Shown in pieces: positions 1 to 15,124 of a stretch of DNA of 64,000 bases. This DNA is from Eremomyces bilateralis CBS 781.70 (lineage: Eukaryota). Positions within the stretch are counted from its first letter, which is position 1. Every line of letters starts with the position of its first letter. Under the pieces are notes generated by a model that saw nothing but the letters and a program-made list of their open reading frames with translations, ran no database searches and was not told where the DNA came from. Both the position numbers and the translations under genes were made by a program. The DNA lies in NCBI GenBank assembly GCA_010015585.1, contig ML975151.1; one strand, 5' to 3'.

Positions 1-204
1 GAGTGGCGTTCACGCTAAACATGGGGCTAATCTGGTTATGGTTTAGCTTAACCAGAGTCATGGCTTGGATACCGTCTGAGCCCAAGCTGAGATAATCCTG
101 GCACTTTCCCTCACGCCCATTGCCCACTGCAGGTGCTATTGTGTGACACGGAACATGATTTGAGGTGATTTAAGGGGGGGGTTTGCAGCGATTGTATATA
201 CAGA

Positions 205-1428
205 ATGAGATTCCCCATTTTGGCCTCGCTGGCACTTGTACCAATTCAGGTGTTGTCCGTACAATTACCTCTGAAGCCGATGGTCAACCAAGCCCCAATG
301 GCTATACCGGGCACCGCAAAGGACTCCCCCCTTGCAGAGGAGACGAGAAAAGAGCTATGGGGACTACACAAATCCCTGGTCAACATCGAATCTATCACAG
401 AGAACGAAAATGAGGTGGCTAAGTGGCTCGAAAGCTATCTGCAGCAGCGAGGTCTCAAGACGGAGCTTCAGGAAGTCTCGCCGGACCGCTTCAACGTCCT
501 GGCTTACCCTGAGGGCCGTCGAGAAAGTCGGGTCCTGGTGACTTCTCATATTGACACGGTTCCTCCGTTTTACCCGTGGGAATACAACGAATCTACCAAT
601 GTCGTCTCGGGCCGTGGCTCGGTGGATGCGAAAGGAAGCGTGGCAGCCCAGGTTATTGCTGCGTTAGACGTTGTCAAAGGGTACAAAGCGACGCAGAACG
701 CGGAACCATCCCTTTCATTGCTTTACGTCGTCGGGGAAGAGACGGGGGGCGACGGGATGGCGCACTTTTCTTCGCACAAACCCTGCAACTACGCCTCCGT
801 GATCTTCGGCGAGCCGACGGAAGGCAAGCTTGCGAGTGGACATAAAGGGAACCTTGGCTTGAAATTGATGGCGAAAGGGAAGGCCAGTCACAGCGGCTAC
901 CCATGGTTAGGGCTGAATGCCATCGATATTCTGATCGAGGCCTTGCGCGTCCTCAAAGGCCTGGTCGGGACGTTTCCAACCAGCGACAAGTACGGCGAAA
1001 CCACGCTCAATATCGGAAAGATCGATGGCGGGGTCGCCGCGAACGTGGTTCCGGCAGAGAGCCACGCTCTCCTTGCATTCCGGCTCGCGACCGGCTCCGC
1101 TCCAGCGCAAAGGGAGCGAATCTTAGCCGCAATTGAGACGGTCCAGCAGAGAGCAGAGGAGAGAGGGGGTGGGCTGGAGACGGAGTGGGAAGCGGAGGGA
1201 TATGGACCTATGGATTTGGACGCCGATGTGCCTGGATTCGAGACGATGGTTGTGAATTATGGAACGGACATCCCGAACCTGGCGGGAGACCATAAGAAGT
1301 ATTTGTATGGTCCTGGGAGCATCCAGGTTGCTCACGGGCCAAACGAGGAGCTCACTGTATCGGAGCTGGAAGAAGCTGTCAAGGGATACAAGACTTTGAT
1401 AGAACACGCGCTGGAAGATACCAGTTAA
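205..1428 (+). CDS. Secreted/vacuolar M20A-family metallopeptidase (ArgE/acetylornithine deacetylase-like carboxypeptidase), single exon, 407 aa
   Basis: Hydrophobic signal peptide (MRFPILASLALVPIQVLS). M20 zinc-ligand motifs SHIDTVPP, GRGSVDAKG, VGEE, FGEPT and AHGPNE. Dimerisation-domain motifs GKASHSGYPWLG and GGVAANVVP. Confidence 0.9.
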   Translation: MRFPILASLALVPIQVLSVQLPLKPMVNQAPMAIPGTAKDSPLAEETRKELWGLHKSLVNIESITENENEVAKWLESYLQQRGLKTELQEVSPDRFNVLAYPEGRRESRVLVTSHIDTVPPFYPWEYNESTNVVSGRGSVDAKGSVAAQVIAALDVVKGYKATQNAEPSLSLLYVVGEETGGDGMAHFSSHKPCNYASVIFGEPTEGKLASGHKGNLGLKLMAKGKASHSGYPWLGLNAIDILIEALRVLKGLVGTFPTSDKYGETTLNIGKIDGGVAANVVPAESHALLAFRLATGSAPAQRERILAAIETVQQRAEERGGGLETEWEAEGYGPMDLDADVPGFETMVVNYGTDIPNLAGDHKKYLYGPGSIQVAHGPNEELTVSELEEAVKGYKTLIEHALEDTS

Positions 1429-1482
1429 GAATCGTGGCTGCTTTACACATCGTATATTACATTGTGCAATGCCAATTCGGCT

Positions 1483-4400
1483 TCACATTAAACTTGACCG
1501 GCCTCCAATTTCATTGCCACCCTGCCCGTTCGGCAGGTCCCCGCTTCTCCCTCCGACGAAATCATCGTAGATGCGTTGCAGCCTTCTTTGCTCGGGAGCG
1601 CTGATGGACGCTCGGGTCGTCGAAAGCGCTCCCACCAGATGCTTCCAACTCACCTTCGGCTGTTTGGACTCGGTCTTTGCTTCTGTCGCCTCCGCCGGAA
1701 CAGAATGCAGGCTTCTCGCGTCCTCATGATCATGCGATGTCCCCTGCTGTTGCTCTTGCAATTGCTTCTGCCGCCGTCGTGCCGCTTGCATGTTGCTCAG
1801 CTTGGCGGCAATATTGGCCCTCTCCGCCAGTTTGGCAGTCGACGTCTCACCGGAGCCCACAGCGTACGACCGTTCGTCTTCGCCGAATTGGAAGTGGAAG
1901 AAATCAAGCTGGCCGGTGGGTTTCGGTGGCCCTTTGGAGACACCGTTCGGTTTCGGTTTTCCATCCGCCATCTTACTAGAGCCGATATCATTCGCATCGT
2001 CTTGGTCTAGGAGCTCATGGATAGCTTCGAGCTGGGCGTTCTGCACCACGGCTCGAAGATCCGCTCCACTGAAACCTTCTGTACGCCTCGCCACATCTAC
2101 CAGTTTACCATTGTCGCCCGGCGCATTATCGGGGGACCACACGTCGTCGGAAAATTTGACTTTCGTTCCAAGAGCCTTCAAAATGTCGACACGATCTTCC
2201 AACGTGGGCATGTCGCAGATCAGGCTCTTATCCAAACGACCGGGTCGGAGCAATGCGGGATCGATCAGATCTGGTCTGCTCGTCGCAGCAAGGACATAGA
2301 CGCCACTCAGGCCTTCAGCACCGTCCATGAGAGTGAGAAGCTGGTTCACAACTCGATCAGTGACCCCGGTGCTGTCGTGACCTCTCTTTGGGGCGATCGA
2401 GTCGAATTCATCGAAGAAAAGCACGCAAGGTCGCGCTGCTTCGGCGCGTTCAAATAGGTCGCGCACACCTTTCTCGCTTGCACCGATGTACTTGTTCAAA
2501 ATTTCGGGACCCTTGACGCTGATGAAGTTAAGCCCGCATTCGGAAGCGACGGCGCTTGCTAACAAGGTTTTGCCGCACCCGGGGTATCCGTAGAGGAGGA
2601 GACCACTGCGAAGCCGAAGAGGACACGAGGAGAAGATTGGTGCATAGGTGGTGGGATATTGGAGCGTCTCGAGGAGGACTTGTCTGGTGGTGTGCAATCC
2701 TCCGATACTATCCCATCTGGTCGTTGACTGCTGAAGTGTAACGTTCCGCAACGACGCCGGAGTAAAACCTTTCAACGCACTTGTGAAATCCGCCTCGGAG
2801 AGGGTTGCAGGACCGGAGTCGTTATGCGAGTCTGTTTGCGACGAAACGACCCGAATAAGCGCCTCGTTACGAGCACGACTGGCAAGCAGGACAAGGTCGC
2901 CAGGCATGTAGCCATCCGTTTGCCCAGCAATCTCAAGGAAGTCGATCGAGGGGTCCACAACGAAGGATTCTGTGTGGTTGTCATCGATTCGCGGCGTGCC
3001 CGGTCGGCTACCCAGGTCACTAAAGTCGCTTGAATTCTCTCGTGAATGCCATGCTCGAGCACGCGAGGGTTGCCTGGAATGTTCGCTAATGCCATTCGAC
3101 TGCTTCGGCTCCTCCTGAAGGCTTGCGTGTCGCTTCGTCAGGAGTTCCAAGACTTTCCGCCTTCCCTCCTTGTTCGGAGCTTTGACCGTTACGATCTCGC
3201 GAACTACGTGCCCTCCAATGATCACGTTGTTGACCGACTCTTTCCCAGGAGCAGTCGCGAGAAGTACGATGCCGCTATCCTCCGTGCAGTACTGGCGAAC
3301 AATAGCACATAGACATTCGCTGACATGCCGACTCCTCCCATTTTCTCCACCTACTTGCAACTCCGTCTCCACCGGGGTCAAACGATCCATGTCATCCAGA
3401 ACAACGATGGATCTACCGCCGAGTCGGGCACCCCAAGCAGCGGATGCGAAGACCCGTTCTAGGTTCTCTTTGATCGTGCCAACCCGAGTCTCTTCAGTGA
3501 CCAGGCTTCGGCAAGGGAAGTATACGACGTTGTACAGTGACTCATCGCGAAGCTGTTTGGCAAGCAGTTGGGCCAAGTTTGTCTTGCCCGACCCAAGCCC
3601 ACCAGTCAGAAGGACAGATGAGGAGTTACCGAGGTGCATTCTGAGGTCTTCGATCAAGTGATCGATACCAACCATTTCTGGTATTTTTGCCGGTAACGGT
3701 TCGCCTGGAACGGAGAGAGTCAATTTGCTCGACGGCATTCCAATCTCCGGCTGCGTATCGAAAGAAAATTTTCGTTCGGCGCCCAGGAACCAAAATGTGC
3801 TTGGCTTGGAGGAGTCGTTCGGTGTTTGCGGAGGCTCGAAACGCACAAGACCCCCTGGCCAGGTGAGAGCTCCAGGAACCCCTTCAATGGAGGGTAGGAC
3901 CATTCCATCCGTAATGGGACCATCGCATAGTCCATTGCCGAGAGGCCCTTTGCCAAAGAGAGTTTTCAAGCGCTCGGAAGCTTCATCCTTCTCTTGCTTA
4001 GACTCACCCCCAAATTTGATGCTGGAGGTTTTGGAAGAGGAATCGCTTGTGGCGAATGGGAAAACCTTGAGAGTTTTCACCGCCGAATCCCTGGATCCTT
4101 TCATTGCACTGGGTTTGGCAACTTGCAAAGGAGCAGCTTCGATCCGTACAATTCCACCTACGAGTCCTTCCGCAGCAAGGACTTGACATAGAAGGGTGGA
4201 GAGTGCCATGTGATTGCTATCTGGAGCATCGTCCCAGGCTTCCAGTTTAGCAACCACCTTGGCAGCTGGCTTCTCGATTTCTGCCTCTTTCTGTGGATCC
4301 GCAGGCTCCTGGAGGCCGAGCGGTTTAACGAGCGACACAGAAACCCAATTTACGCCTTTCAGCTGTTTTGACATCAAAAGCTGGCGGTCCACCCAAACTT

Positions 4401-5402
4401 TCAGTCCATCTTTTTGCGTCTCACTCGGCGGCTCGTCATCGAACCATTCCGACGCCAAAGAGCGATCGACGCCTCGAAGGAAGAGGCACCCGCGGTTCGA
4501 AGGATCATCCCGATGTCGATTTCTGGCCGCACTTGCGCCGCTTTTGCCGCCTGCGCTTCGTCTCCCAGCGCTGCCAACACTTCGAGTTTCCCTCCCCGTG
4601 CCCTTTTCGCTCTTTTGGCGCGTTTTAGGCGCAACAATGATTTCCGCATCCGGAGAGATCTTAACAAACGGCGTAGTATTGCTCGGGGCTGGAGCGAGAG
4701 ACGTGACCACAATATTCGCAGTAGAGGTAGGGGACAGGTGTAGTGTAATCGGATGCGGTGGTCGCTTGGAGGCTTCTTTGTTCTTGGAAGGCGGTTCGTA
4801 TAGAGGATTCGGCAGCGCCCGTACCTGGGATAGAAAATTGAGCTCCAAGAATTGCGCATGGAGCTCAATCATTTCCCAATCGGCAGCGGTGAGCGGTTCG
4901 ATATTGATGGTGGTCGCTTGAATCGGTTCAAGATGAAGCGAAATCCCAACCTATGTCACAAGTTTAGCCGTGGGAATCACAGCGGAGCAGTGTCGAACCA
5001 CCTTCTGCAGGTTATGGAGACCGAGTAACCGCGCAAATGTCGTGTCTATTTCAACCACGCTCACGTCTTGCTCTCTGCTACCCCTGGCTAATCCATCTCG
5101 TCCTACAACAGGCGCAACCTTTCGCTTGCTCTGCATGCCAGTCCATCCTACGAATATGGACCGAGGTGTAGACCCGGACGTCTGGCTGCTGCCCGTGGGG
5201 CTTGGCTCGCGATAGGATATCTCAACTACCACATTTTGGGCAATCTTTGAAAGTCAGGCTTAGTTGGCCGTTTCGAGAAAAGGGAACTTACTGTATTCGC
5301 GTTGACCAGCGCGGAAACCAGACTTATGGGAAGATTAACTAGACAGTTCTTCAACTCGAGGAGGGCGATTTCGCCTTGGACGGACTGGCCAGACTGGGCC
5401 AT
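1483..5402 (-). CDS. PEX1: Peroxisome biogenesis AAA+ ATPase Pex1; 3 exons (introns ~5245-5291 and ~4951-5001); ATG at 5402 or 5408
   Basis: N-terminal LKNCLVNLP and IFVGWTGMQSKRK segments. Two AAA modules: GGLGSGKT/VLDD and GYPGCGKT/LFFDEFD, plus APKRGHDSTGVTDRVVNQLLT and SRPDLIDPALLRPGRLD. C-terminus ...GRSSLM. GT..AG introns with branch sites restore the frame. Confidence 0.95.
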
Positions 5403-5680
5403 TGTCATGACAAAATGAATCCTATCATAGCACTTGTACCAGGGAGCAAGGAGGAAGACAGAGAATCAAAGCCTGCTTGATTGCGAAGAATTGTTGAAAC
5501 AATAGTTACGAACTGAACTGTACATCCACGTTCCATAGAGAATCCATCCTTGAACCGAACTTCCCGTCTGCGTGATCACAGTTAAGCCGAGGTGGCCGAA
5601 GTTCAGCGACTAAGCCACATCTGATGTGGGTCCAATCTGGGGGTGAGGCTGGGGACGACAGGGGTTTGGATAGAATGTCT

Positions 5681-5709
5681 CACGTGACTAACGCGACAAC
5701 GCGACGCGT
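5681..5709 (+). promoter_or_regulatory. MCB-like (ACGCGT/ACGCGA) cluster with adjacent CACGTG, about 130-160 bp upstream of MCM7
   Basis: Sequence CACGTGactaACGCGAcaACGCGACGCGT holds three ACGCG cores in 19 bp. MBF/MCB control of replication genes is established in ascomycetes. Confidence 0.6.
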
Positions 5710-5839
5710 GCTTCTAGGAACTTAAACCCTGCCACCTGGTTTCTGTGAAGCGCTCAAGTTCGACGACACCAACAACACAGCAAAGCACAGTAACTCAAGA
5801 CATCGATCATTCTCTCTACCATCGACGTGACAAAACAAA

Positions 5840-8417
5840 ATGGCGCTCCCTCAGATGAGAGCGCCGGTGAACTATACAGAGCAGCAAGGTAATTTACTTA
5901 ACGCGCATCCGTTGCTTCTCCTGACGGATGATAGATGCGATCCAGGATTTTTTGAAGTCTTTCAAAGCAATTGAGACAAGCGAAGCGCTGGAAACGCTGA
6001 ACATCAATGACGATGATCAGGATGAGGAGTATGATTTCATGGACGAGTCAGACGAGGGTGGAAGGGGCCAGCGAAGAGGGCAAACCAGAGCATCACGTCA
6101 ACCGAAGGTCAAATACATGCGGTTACTGCAAGATGTTGCCGACAGAAAGAGCAGTCATGTTTTGATTGAGCTTGACGATCTTGACGAAGTACGTTTTCCG
6201 GTATCCTTTGCACAACCTCAGCTAATTTTCACAGTATGAAAAACCGTACCGAGAGCAAGGCCAAGACTTTCAGCTAGTTTCCTCAATTGAAGGGAATGCG
6301 CAGCATTATATCGAGATTTTCTCGCGTGCAATTGACAAGGTCCTACCTGAGCAAACCGCAGACCTAACGTATGTGCATCATTGTATATATCAAGCATCGT
6401 ACTAACCACCAAAAGCTTCAAAGATGACGTCCTTGATATCATAGTCGCTCAACGACAAAAGCGGAATGAAACAATCCAAGAAGCTCAAGAGGCTGGTATG
6501 CAGTCTCTAGATGCGGAAATGGTCTTTCCTCCTGAGTTGACCAGACGCTATACGGTCAATATCAAACCGCGTACTCCGTCCGGCTCTTCAGACGAATCGA
6601 TATCCTCAAAAGCGCTTGCGGTGCGCAATATCAAAGGAGAACATCTCGGACAGTTGATTACTGTCCGTGGTATTACGACCAGAGTATCTGATGTCAAGCC
6701 GTCAGTGTTGGTTAACGCCTATGCCTGCGATCGCTGTGGATTCGAAATCTTCCAGCCCATCACCACCAAGCAGTTTGCTCCCTTGATGGACTGTCCTGCG
6801 AAAGAATGCAAGGATAACGGTAGCCGAGGAGAACTATTCCACTCCACACGAGCAAGCAAATTCTTACCCTTCCAGGAGATCAAAATTCAGGAAATGTCCG
6901 ACCAGGTTCCTGTCGGTCATATTCCTCGTCTTTTGACAGTCCATGCACATGGATCGTTGTGCAGACAAATCAACCCTGGAGATGTGGTTGACCTTGCAGG
7001 AATTTTCTTGCCCATCCCGTACACGGGTTTCAAAGCCCTACGTGCTGGACTTCTCACCGACACATACCTGGAGTTACAGTGGACCAATCAACACAAGAAA
7101 GCTTACGATGACATCGTTCTGTCTCAGTTGACTTTGAGCAGGATGAGCTCACTACAACGATCCGGGCAGCTCTACGAGTTTCTATCGCGCTCGATTGCCC
7201 CCGAAATCTTCGGCCACATCGATGTGAAAAAGGCGCTATTGCTACAACTAATCGGCGGCGTTACCAAAGAAATGGGCGACGGCATGCGAATTCGAGGAGA
7301 CATCAATATCTGCTTGATGGGTGATCCCGGTGTTGCAAAATCCCAATTGCTGAAGTACATCACTAAAGTCGCACCGCGTGGAGTATACACGACAGGTCGT
7401 GGGTCCAGCGGTGTAGGTCTGACCGCAGCGGTGATGAGAGATCCAGTCACGGATGAAATGATCCTTGAAGGCGGAGCCCTGGTCCTGGCCGACAACGGCA
7501 CCTGCTGTATTGATGAATTTGATAAAATGGACGACTCGGACCGCACAGCCATCCACGAAGTCATGGAGCAGCAGACCATTTCCATTTCGAAGGCCGGCAT
7601 CAACACGACCCTGAACGCTCGCACGTCAATCCTTGCCGCTGCTAATCCGCTCTATGGCCGGTATAATCCACGAATCTCACCTGTTGAGAACATCAATCTC
7701 CCTGCTGCCCTACTCTCCCGATTCGATATCCTTTTTTTGATGCTCGACACCCCGGACCGCGAATCCGACGAAGAGCTGGCGAGACACGTCACTCACGTAC
7801 ACATTCACAACCGGCATCCCGATCCCGTAGGCACGGACGGCACCATCTTCTCTCCGGCAGAAGTCCGCCAATGGGTCGCACGAGCGCGCAGTTTCCGGCC
7901 GGTGATCCCAAAGAGCGTGGCTGATTACTGTGTTGGTGCATATGTTCGCATGCGAGCCCAGCAGAAGCGCGATGAGAATTCCAAGCGTGGAGCTTTCACT
8001 CACACCACCCCTCGTTCTCTCCTGGCGGTCCTCCGTCTTGCCCAAGCTTTGGGACGGCTGCGATTTGCCGAGGAGGTCATATCCGAAGATGTCGATGAAG
8101 CTCTGCGTCTTCTGAACGTCTCGAAAGCCAGCTTGTACGCTGACGAGCAAGATCGCAATGCTGACCAGACTCCAGCGTCGAAGGTCTATCGCCTGATACG
8201 CGGCATGAAAGAAAGTGGTGCAGCGGCCGTCGGGGATGGATCGGGTGCCCTCGATCTTAGAAGGGTTAGGGAAAGAGTCATGGCCAGGGGCTTCACCGAG
8301 GACCAATTTGAGGAAGCGGTGGATGAATATGCCATGCTTGACGTGTGGCACACGACCACGGACGGAACAAGGCTTATTTTCATACAGGTTGACGATGAGG
8401 ATGAAGATATGCAGTAA
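5840..8417 (+). CDS. MCM7: Replicative helicase subunit Mcm7; 4 exons (introns ~5889-5934, ~6189-6234, ~6369-6415)
   Basis: Zn finger CDRCG...CPAKEC. Motifs [12 protein letters not shown] and [13 protein letters not shown]. Walker [10 protein letters not shown], Walker [10 protein letters not shown], arginine finger LLSRFD. Spliced N-terminus [23 protein letters not shown]. Confidence 0.96.
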
Positions 8418-8715
8418 TATCGGTACTGGTCCGTATGGTGTTTCTATAAGCGTTCTGGCGCAAATTCCTCTATTGGTCATGGCAGTATGAGTTTTCATGT
8501 ATGGTTTGGTAGCCCAGTGCAGAATTGGGAGCATTCTTTTCGTTTTCCACCCGCGCAGTAAGCCGTGTCGGCTTGGATACCTTTACGCACATTCTAACGC
8601 AACGATGCCTTTGAGTCCAATTGGTAAAATTGCATACAAGAAGATAATGACGTCGGTTCAACCACGCCGAAGTTCACAACCGTCTTCCCCTGCTACGATC
8701 GTTGCGTCTCTTCTT

Positions 8716-10166
8716 CTACCTGCTGCCGGACGGGGGGGCCAAACCTCCCGATCCACCCGAAAGGCCTCCAAGCCCACCTCCTGAGCCGCCAAGAAGACTT
8801 GCCAGACCTCCGGATGAGCCTCCAGAGAGACCAGACAAACCGCCGAGTCCTCCAGATGAACCGCCAAAGAGTGACCCTAGACCTCCGGATGAGCCTCCAG
8901 AGAGACCGGACAAACCACCGAGTCCTCCAGATGAGCCCCCAAAGAGTGACCCTAGACCTCCGGATGAGCCTCCGAGACCTCCAGATGAGCCGCCAAGGAG
9001 ACCTCCTAGACCGCCGGACGACCCTCCGGAGAGACCTCCTAGACCGCCGGATAAGCCTCCGGAGAGACCTCCTAGCCCACCTGACGAACCACCAATACCT
9101 AGATCGAGCATACCATCAGAACCGAACTCGCCCGATGAGTAATTTCAACTTACCACCAGAGAGTCCTCCGAGCGCTCCGGTCGAGCCACCTGAAGAGCCG
9201 GTCGAACCACCTGAAGAGCCGGTAGGTTCTTCGGTAGAAGTCCCGCCGCCTGATCCGCTCGAGGAGCCGCCTCCTGACCCCGCGGCGTTGATCTTTTGAA
9301 CCAAGAAATTCACTGCGTCCTTACCATCGCCATTGGAAACATAAGCCTGGAACCCTGTTAAGGTATGCTTTTACAGGATCATCCGTTTTCTTAGACTTAC
9401 GAAATGCCCACCAGTGACGCTGAGCCCTTGACCGCAAACACCATCGTCCTCCTCGCAATAGATCTTGATCTTGTCCTTCGGGAAGTTCGGAACCTGGCCA
9501 TTGTCTTCCGCGTTGCGAGTGTCTCCAAAGAGAACGCCTCCTGCAATTTTCTCCTTAATGTTGTTTGGAAGGGCTTTGACAGAGCCATGCATGACAGCAG
9601 TCCCTTGGCTGTTCCTCGACATCAGTATGTCTCGACACAGAGTAGCGTGGAAAGAGGAAAGAGATATGGAGAGGCTCACCTGAAGCCTCCGAAAACGATG
9701 ATGGAATCCGGGCATTTCGTATCCGCCGTTGTGAACATGCGCGTCGCTTCGCCAATGGCCTCTTGTGTGGTGCCCTCTGCTTTAACATTGTCCATCAAGC
9801 CTATATGGTTTAGCTGTCTCCATTCCACACGTCGGACCTTAGGGCATACCGGCGGTATAAGGCCCGCCGACTCCTTGGCAAATCACGTCGTTATTCAACG
9901 CTGATTTCAGTCCACTGCACACCTGCGGGCCCATACTTCCACCCTGAATGATCGTTAGCGGAGGACATCGACCCTGGGACTTCGCGGCAGCTTACCATAT
10001 TCCCCGCCTCTGTGGAGGCACGGGCGAATATCAGGATGACCTTCTTGCAGCTACCCTGGAGGAGCTCATTGGAAGTGGAACTTCCCGATCCGCCTCCGAG
10101 ACCACCGAACTGCGGCGCTGCCGCAGTCAGGCCGCTCAGAATGGCGATAGGAGCGGTATACTTCAT
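8716..10166 (-). CDS. Secreted cutinase (CE5) with a ~170-aa Gly/Ser/Leu-rich C-terminal repeat tail; 6 exons
   Basis: Signal peptide MKYTAPIAILSGLTAA. Motifs CKKVILIFARASTEAGNMG and CQGVGGPY. Nucleophile motif GGFS|QG is split by an intron. Also GGVLFGDTRN, catalytic Asp/His region CEEDDGVC...GGHF, and five GT..AG introns. The last intron (~9099-9152) joins the linker to the GGLGGLSG repeat ORF, which ends at TAG 8716. Confidence 0.88.
8804..8953. repeat. Two tandem 75-bp units (25-aa repeat GGLGSLFGGSSGGLGGLSGLSGGSS on the - strand) inside a larger degenerate repeat region (~8730-9290)
   Basis: 8804-8878 and 8879-8953 are near-identical. The roughly 4 differences leave the peptide unchanged. 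Confidence 0.9.
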
Positions 10167-11424
10167 GATGCTAAGCTGGCACCTCTCAGAGGGAAGCTAA
10201 AATATGAGAATGAATGGCAAATCAAGAATGAAAGAGTGTTCAAACAGGGCAGTGAGAAGGGAACTGGTAAGGCGTAGGAAAGCGAGGTTCGGCAGGAGAG
10301 TCCATTAATCTTATACTCCGTGCCATCATGCGAATACCTTTACTCACAAAGCCAAGGAAGGTATATGATCTTTCAAGGGGTGATGATTGTACCGGGTAGG
10401 GTAGACAAGCTCCCTAAAACATTGTCCATGTCCGAATTTCTGTGAGATTCAAAGTGCATCCCTATAGGCAAAGCCAAGGGCGTTCTAGTCCCAGATCAAT
10501 ATAGGAGCTATTGCGCACAGACGGGGTTGTTTGGAGGAATTGGGGTTGAACGAGAAACGCCAAGCTATCTATATCAGTGGACAGGGGATTTACAATATAT
10601 ATGTGACGAGCACGAACCCCTGAAGGTTTATTCATCTCCTTGCCCTACAGAACCGATATGCATTGGCCGACGGTCGATGGATATATATTGACCTCATATA
10701 TCTAAAGCGCCATATCAAAAGGGTTCTGCATAGAAAGTAAAATGGAGTGATGGTAGTTCGGAGTAGACGCAATGAAGCCTAGTTTCGCACAGGGTTGGAT
10801 AGCTTTCTAAATTATGCATTTCCAACTTGCCTATTATTTCATTTGTTGTCATATCGATGCTGGTTTGTAGGGCGAATAGACTCATAATGCAAGCCTTGGC
10901 CATCTATTTCCACCTTCCTGTGGCGGGTAGTAAAGCTCCGCGATACCAGTAAGCTAATGTTTCTTGAGGCCACCCGACAGCACATATATTGATTTCCGGA
11001 TCGATCTGTCATTTCCACCTAGGCTAATATTCGGCCCGGTTTGTGATGAGTCTATTTATACCGGTTCGACTCAGATGATCATCATAAGAAACGTTGCCGA
11101 TTGGTTTGAAGAGTGAAGAGTGACCACGGTAATACACTCGGACGGTCCGGGCACGGAAGGTTTCCAAATTGATAATTCAATCGGTACATGGAATATTACA
11201 TACCATGCCAGCAGTACGAGTGCCAAGAGCGAGGCCAAAAGCAAGATTGGCAAGCGGGATCAGTCAAACCGGAACGTCTCGTATCAATTCGCGCCGAAAT
11301 ATGAGGCACACCTCTATGCATATTGCTTCCGACTCGGAAATTCCGAGCAACTCCTCCCAATGCATCTTATCACCAAGATTTCGAATATCCCAGGATCAGG
11401 TGCAGGTCCTAAACTTTATTTCAC

Positions 11425-13878
<2,454 letters not shown>

Positions 13879-14686
13879 TCCCCTTGACTATGGAACCTAG
13901 ACCATTTCACAACCAGAAAATATCCACGAAGGGAGATAGTTACCATCACCAATTCTTCGCCAATCGCGGTGGTACTCCTAACAATAGTAGCCAGATTTCC
14001 AAGCGCGGTGTTTAAGTTACATGGGCCAATCAGACTTGGCTACTGTGAGTTACTGTCCCTTGCGGGCTTGCTGCTGATTGGTAGGTAATAATACAGTTCC
14101 CACAGCTTACGTATAACTGATAACAGATGTCGCACGTGATGTGCTAAAATGGTTGGGAGTGAGGTGTTGTTGTTACAGCAGCGAAGTTGTTTTTATTGTG
14201 TGTTGTGTGTAAGTTGTGTGTTCTAGCTGGTTCCCCGGCCCTACAGATATACGAGAGTCACGGCAAGATCATTAATGCAGTTTGTAGCCTTGACTCCTAG
14301 AGCTCATGCCTTGGCCTGCGACAACAGAACTCGTTAGATTATATAGATAGAGAAACCACCTCCTCAGAAGCAATATGGCTATCAAAGACCATGGCTCCGC
14401 AGCATGTTTGCCCGCTTGTGCTCCGTATAATATAGTAGCTGATGTCTAGGCTTGCCGCGATGAATCGCTGCGTCACCCCACTAAACCCTTTCTCTTTGCA
14501 CTGTTCTCAACATCTCTTAACATTTCCGGTCCAGATCATTATCCCTCTTCCTGCGAGTTCAATCAGCAACGAGACTCGCAAACATGAGATTTCAGACTCA
14601 AAGAACTGTTCCAAGTATTATATATTATTTTACGTAGCTGATTTCGGCTAGATGAGTGAAATTGCACTCGAGAGGCTTCGTCACAG

Positions 14687-15124
14687 CTACTTCTTGTCCG
14701 CGCCTACGACGCACTGCATCTCTTTCACCGTGTCATTGTCTCCCTCGGACGGTTGGTTCTTTAGTTCACTGAGGTTGTATGCTGTCTCTTCCCTCCAAGT
14801 CTTTGCAAAATTGCGGTGACCCTCGCGTGTTCTCGATGTCGCATCCTCTCGGTGAATCGGCGTCTCATACAAATGAGGTAGAAAGTTACTCTTGCACGAC
14901 CAAGCTGCGAAGTAGTCGGGACATGATTTGGGTTTGCAGTACCAGGCCCACCGGCGCGTTAGCGGAAGTGTGGAATTATCGGTATCGGTATCTGTGTCGA
15001 CCAGACACTCCCCAAAGTCCTGGTCTGAGATGCATGCCCCAACAAAGTTGCCCTCGTTTTCGCCATTGCCGTCTCCACTTGCGAGACGATTCTGAGTAAC
15101 TGGGCGCTCCATGACTTTGTCCAT
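14687..15124 (-). CDS. Hypothetical 145-aa protein with a Cys/His cluster (possible divergent Zn finger)
   Basis: Open ATG-initiated ORF. Segment WYCKPKSCPDYFAAWSCKSNFLPHLYETPIH has CxxxxC...H...H spacing. No family recognised with certainty. Confidence 0.4.
   Translation of the reverse strand: MDKVMERPVTQNRLASGDGNGENEGNFVGACISDQDFGECLVDTDTDTDNSTLPLTRRWAWYCKPKSCPDYFAAWSCKSNFLPHLYETPIHREDATSRTREGHRNFAKTWREETAYNLSELKNQPSEGDNDTVKEMQCVVGADKK

Noticed and set aside
7710..8534. 274-aa - strand ORF
   Set aside because: It is an antisense shadow of MCM7.
8702..9299. Pro-rich + strand ORFs (PPDEPPERP repeats) resembling an extensin
   Set aside because: They are the antisense mirror of the Gly-rich cutinase tail. 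The splice signals and ATG support the - strand gene.
11071..11253. Hydrophobic 60-aa - strand ORF that looks like a signal peptide
   Set aside because: It starts at TTG just after an in-frame stop, and I could not build an upstream exon. It lies in the MNS1 3' flank.
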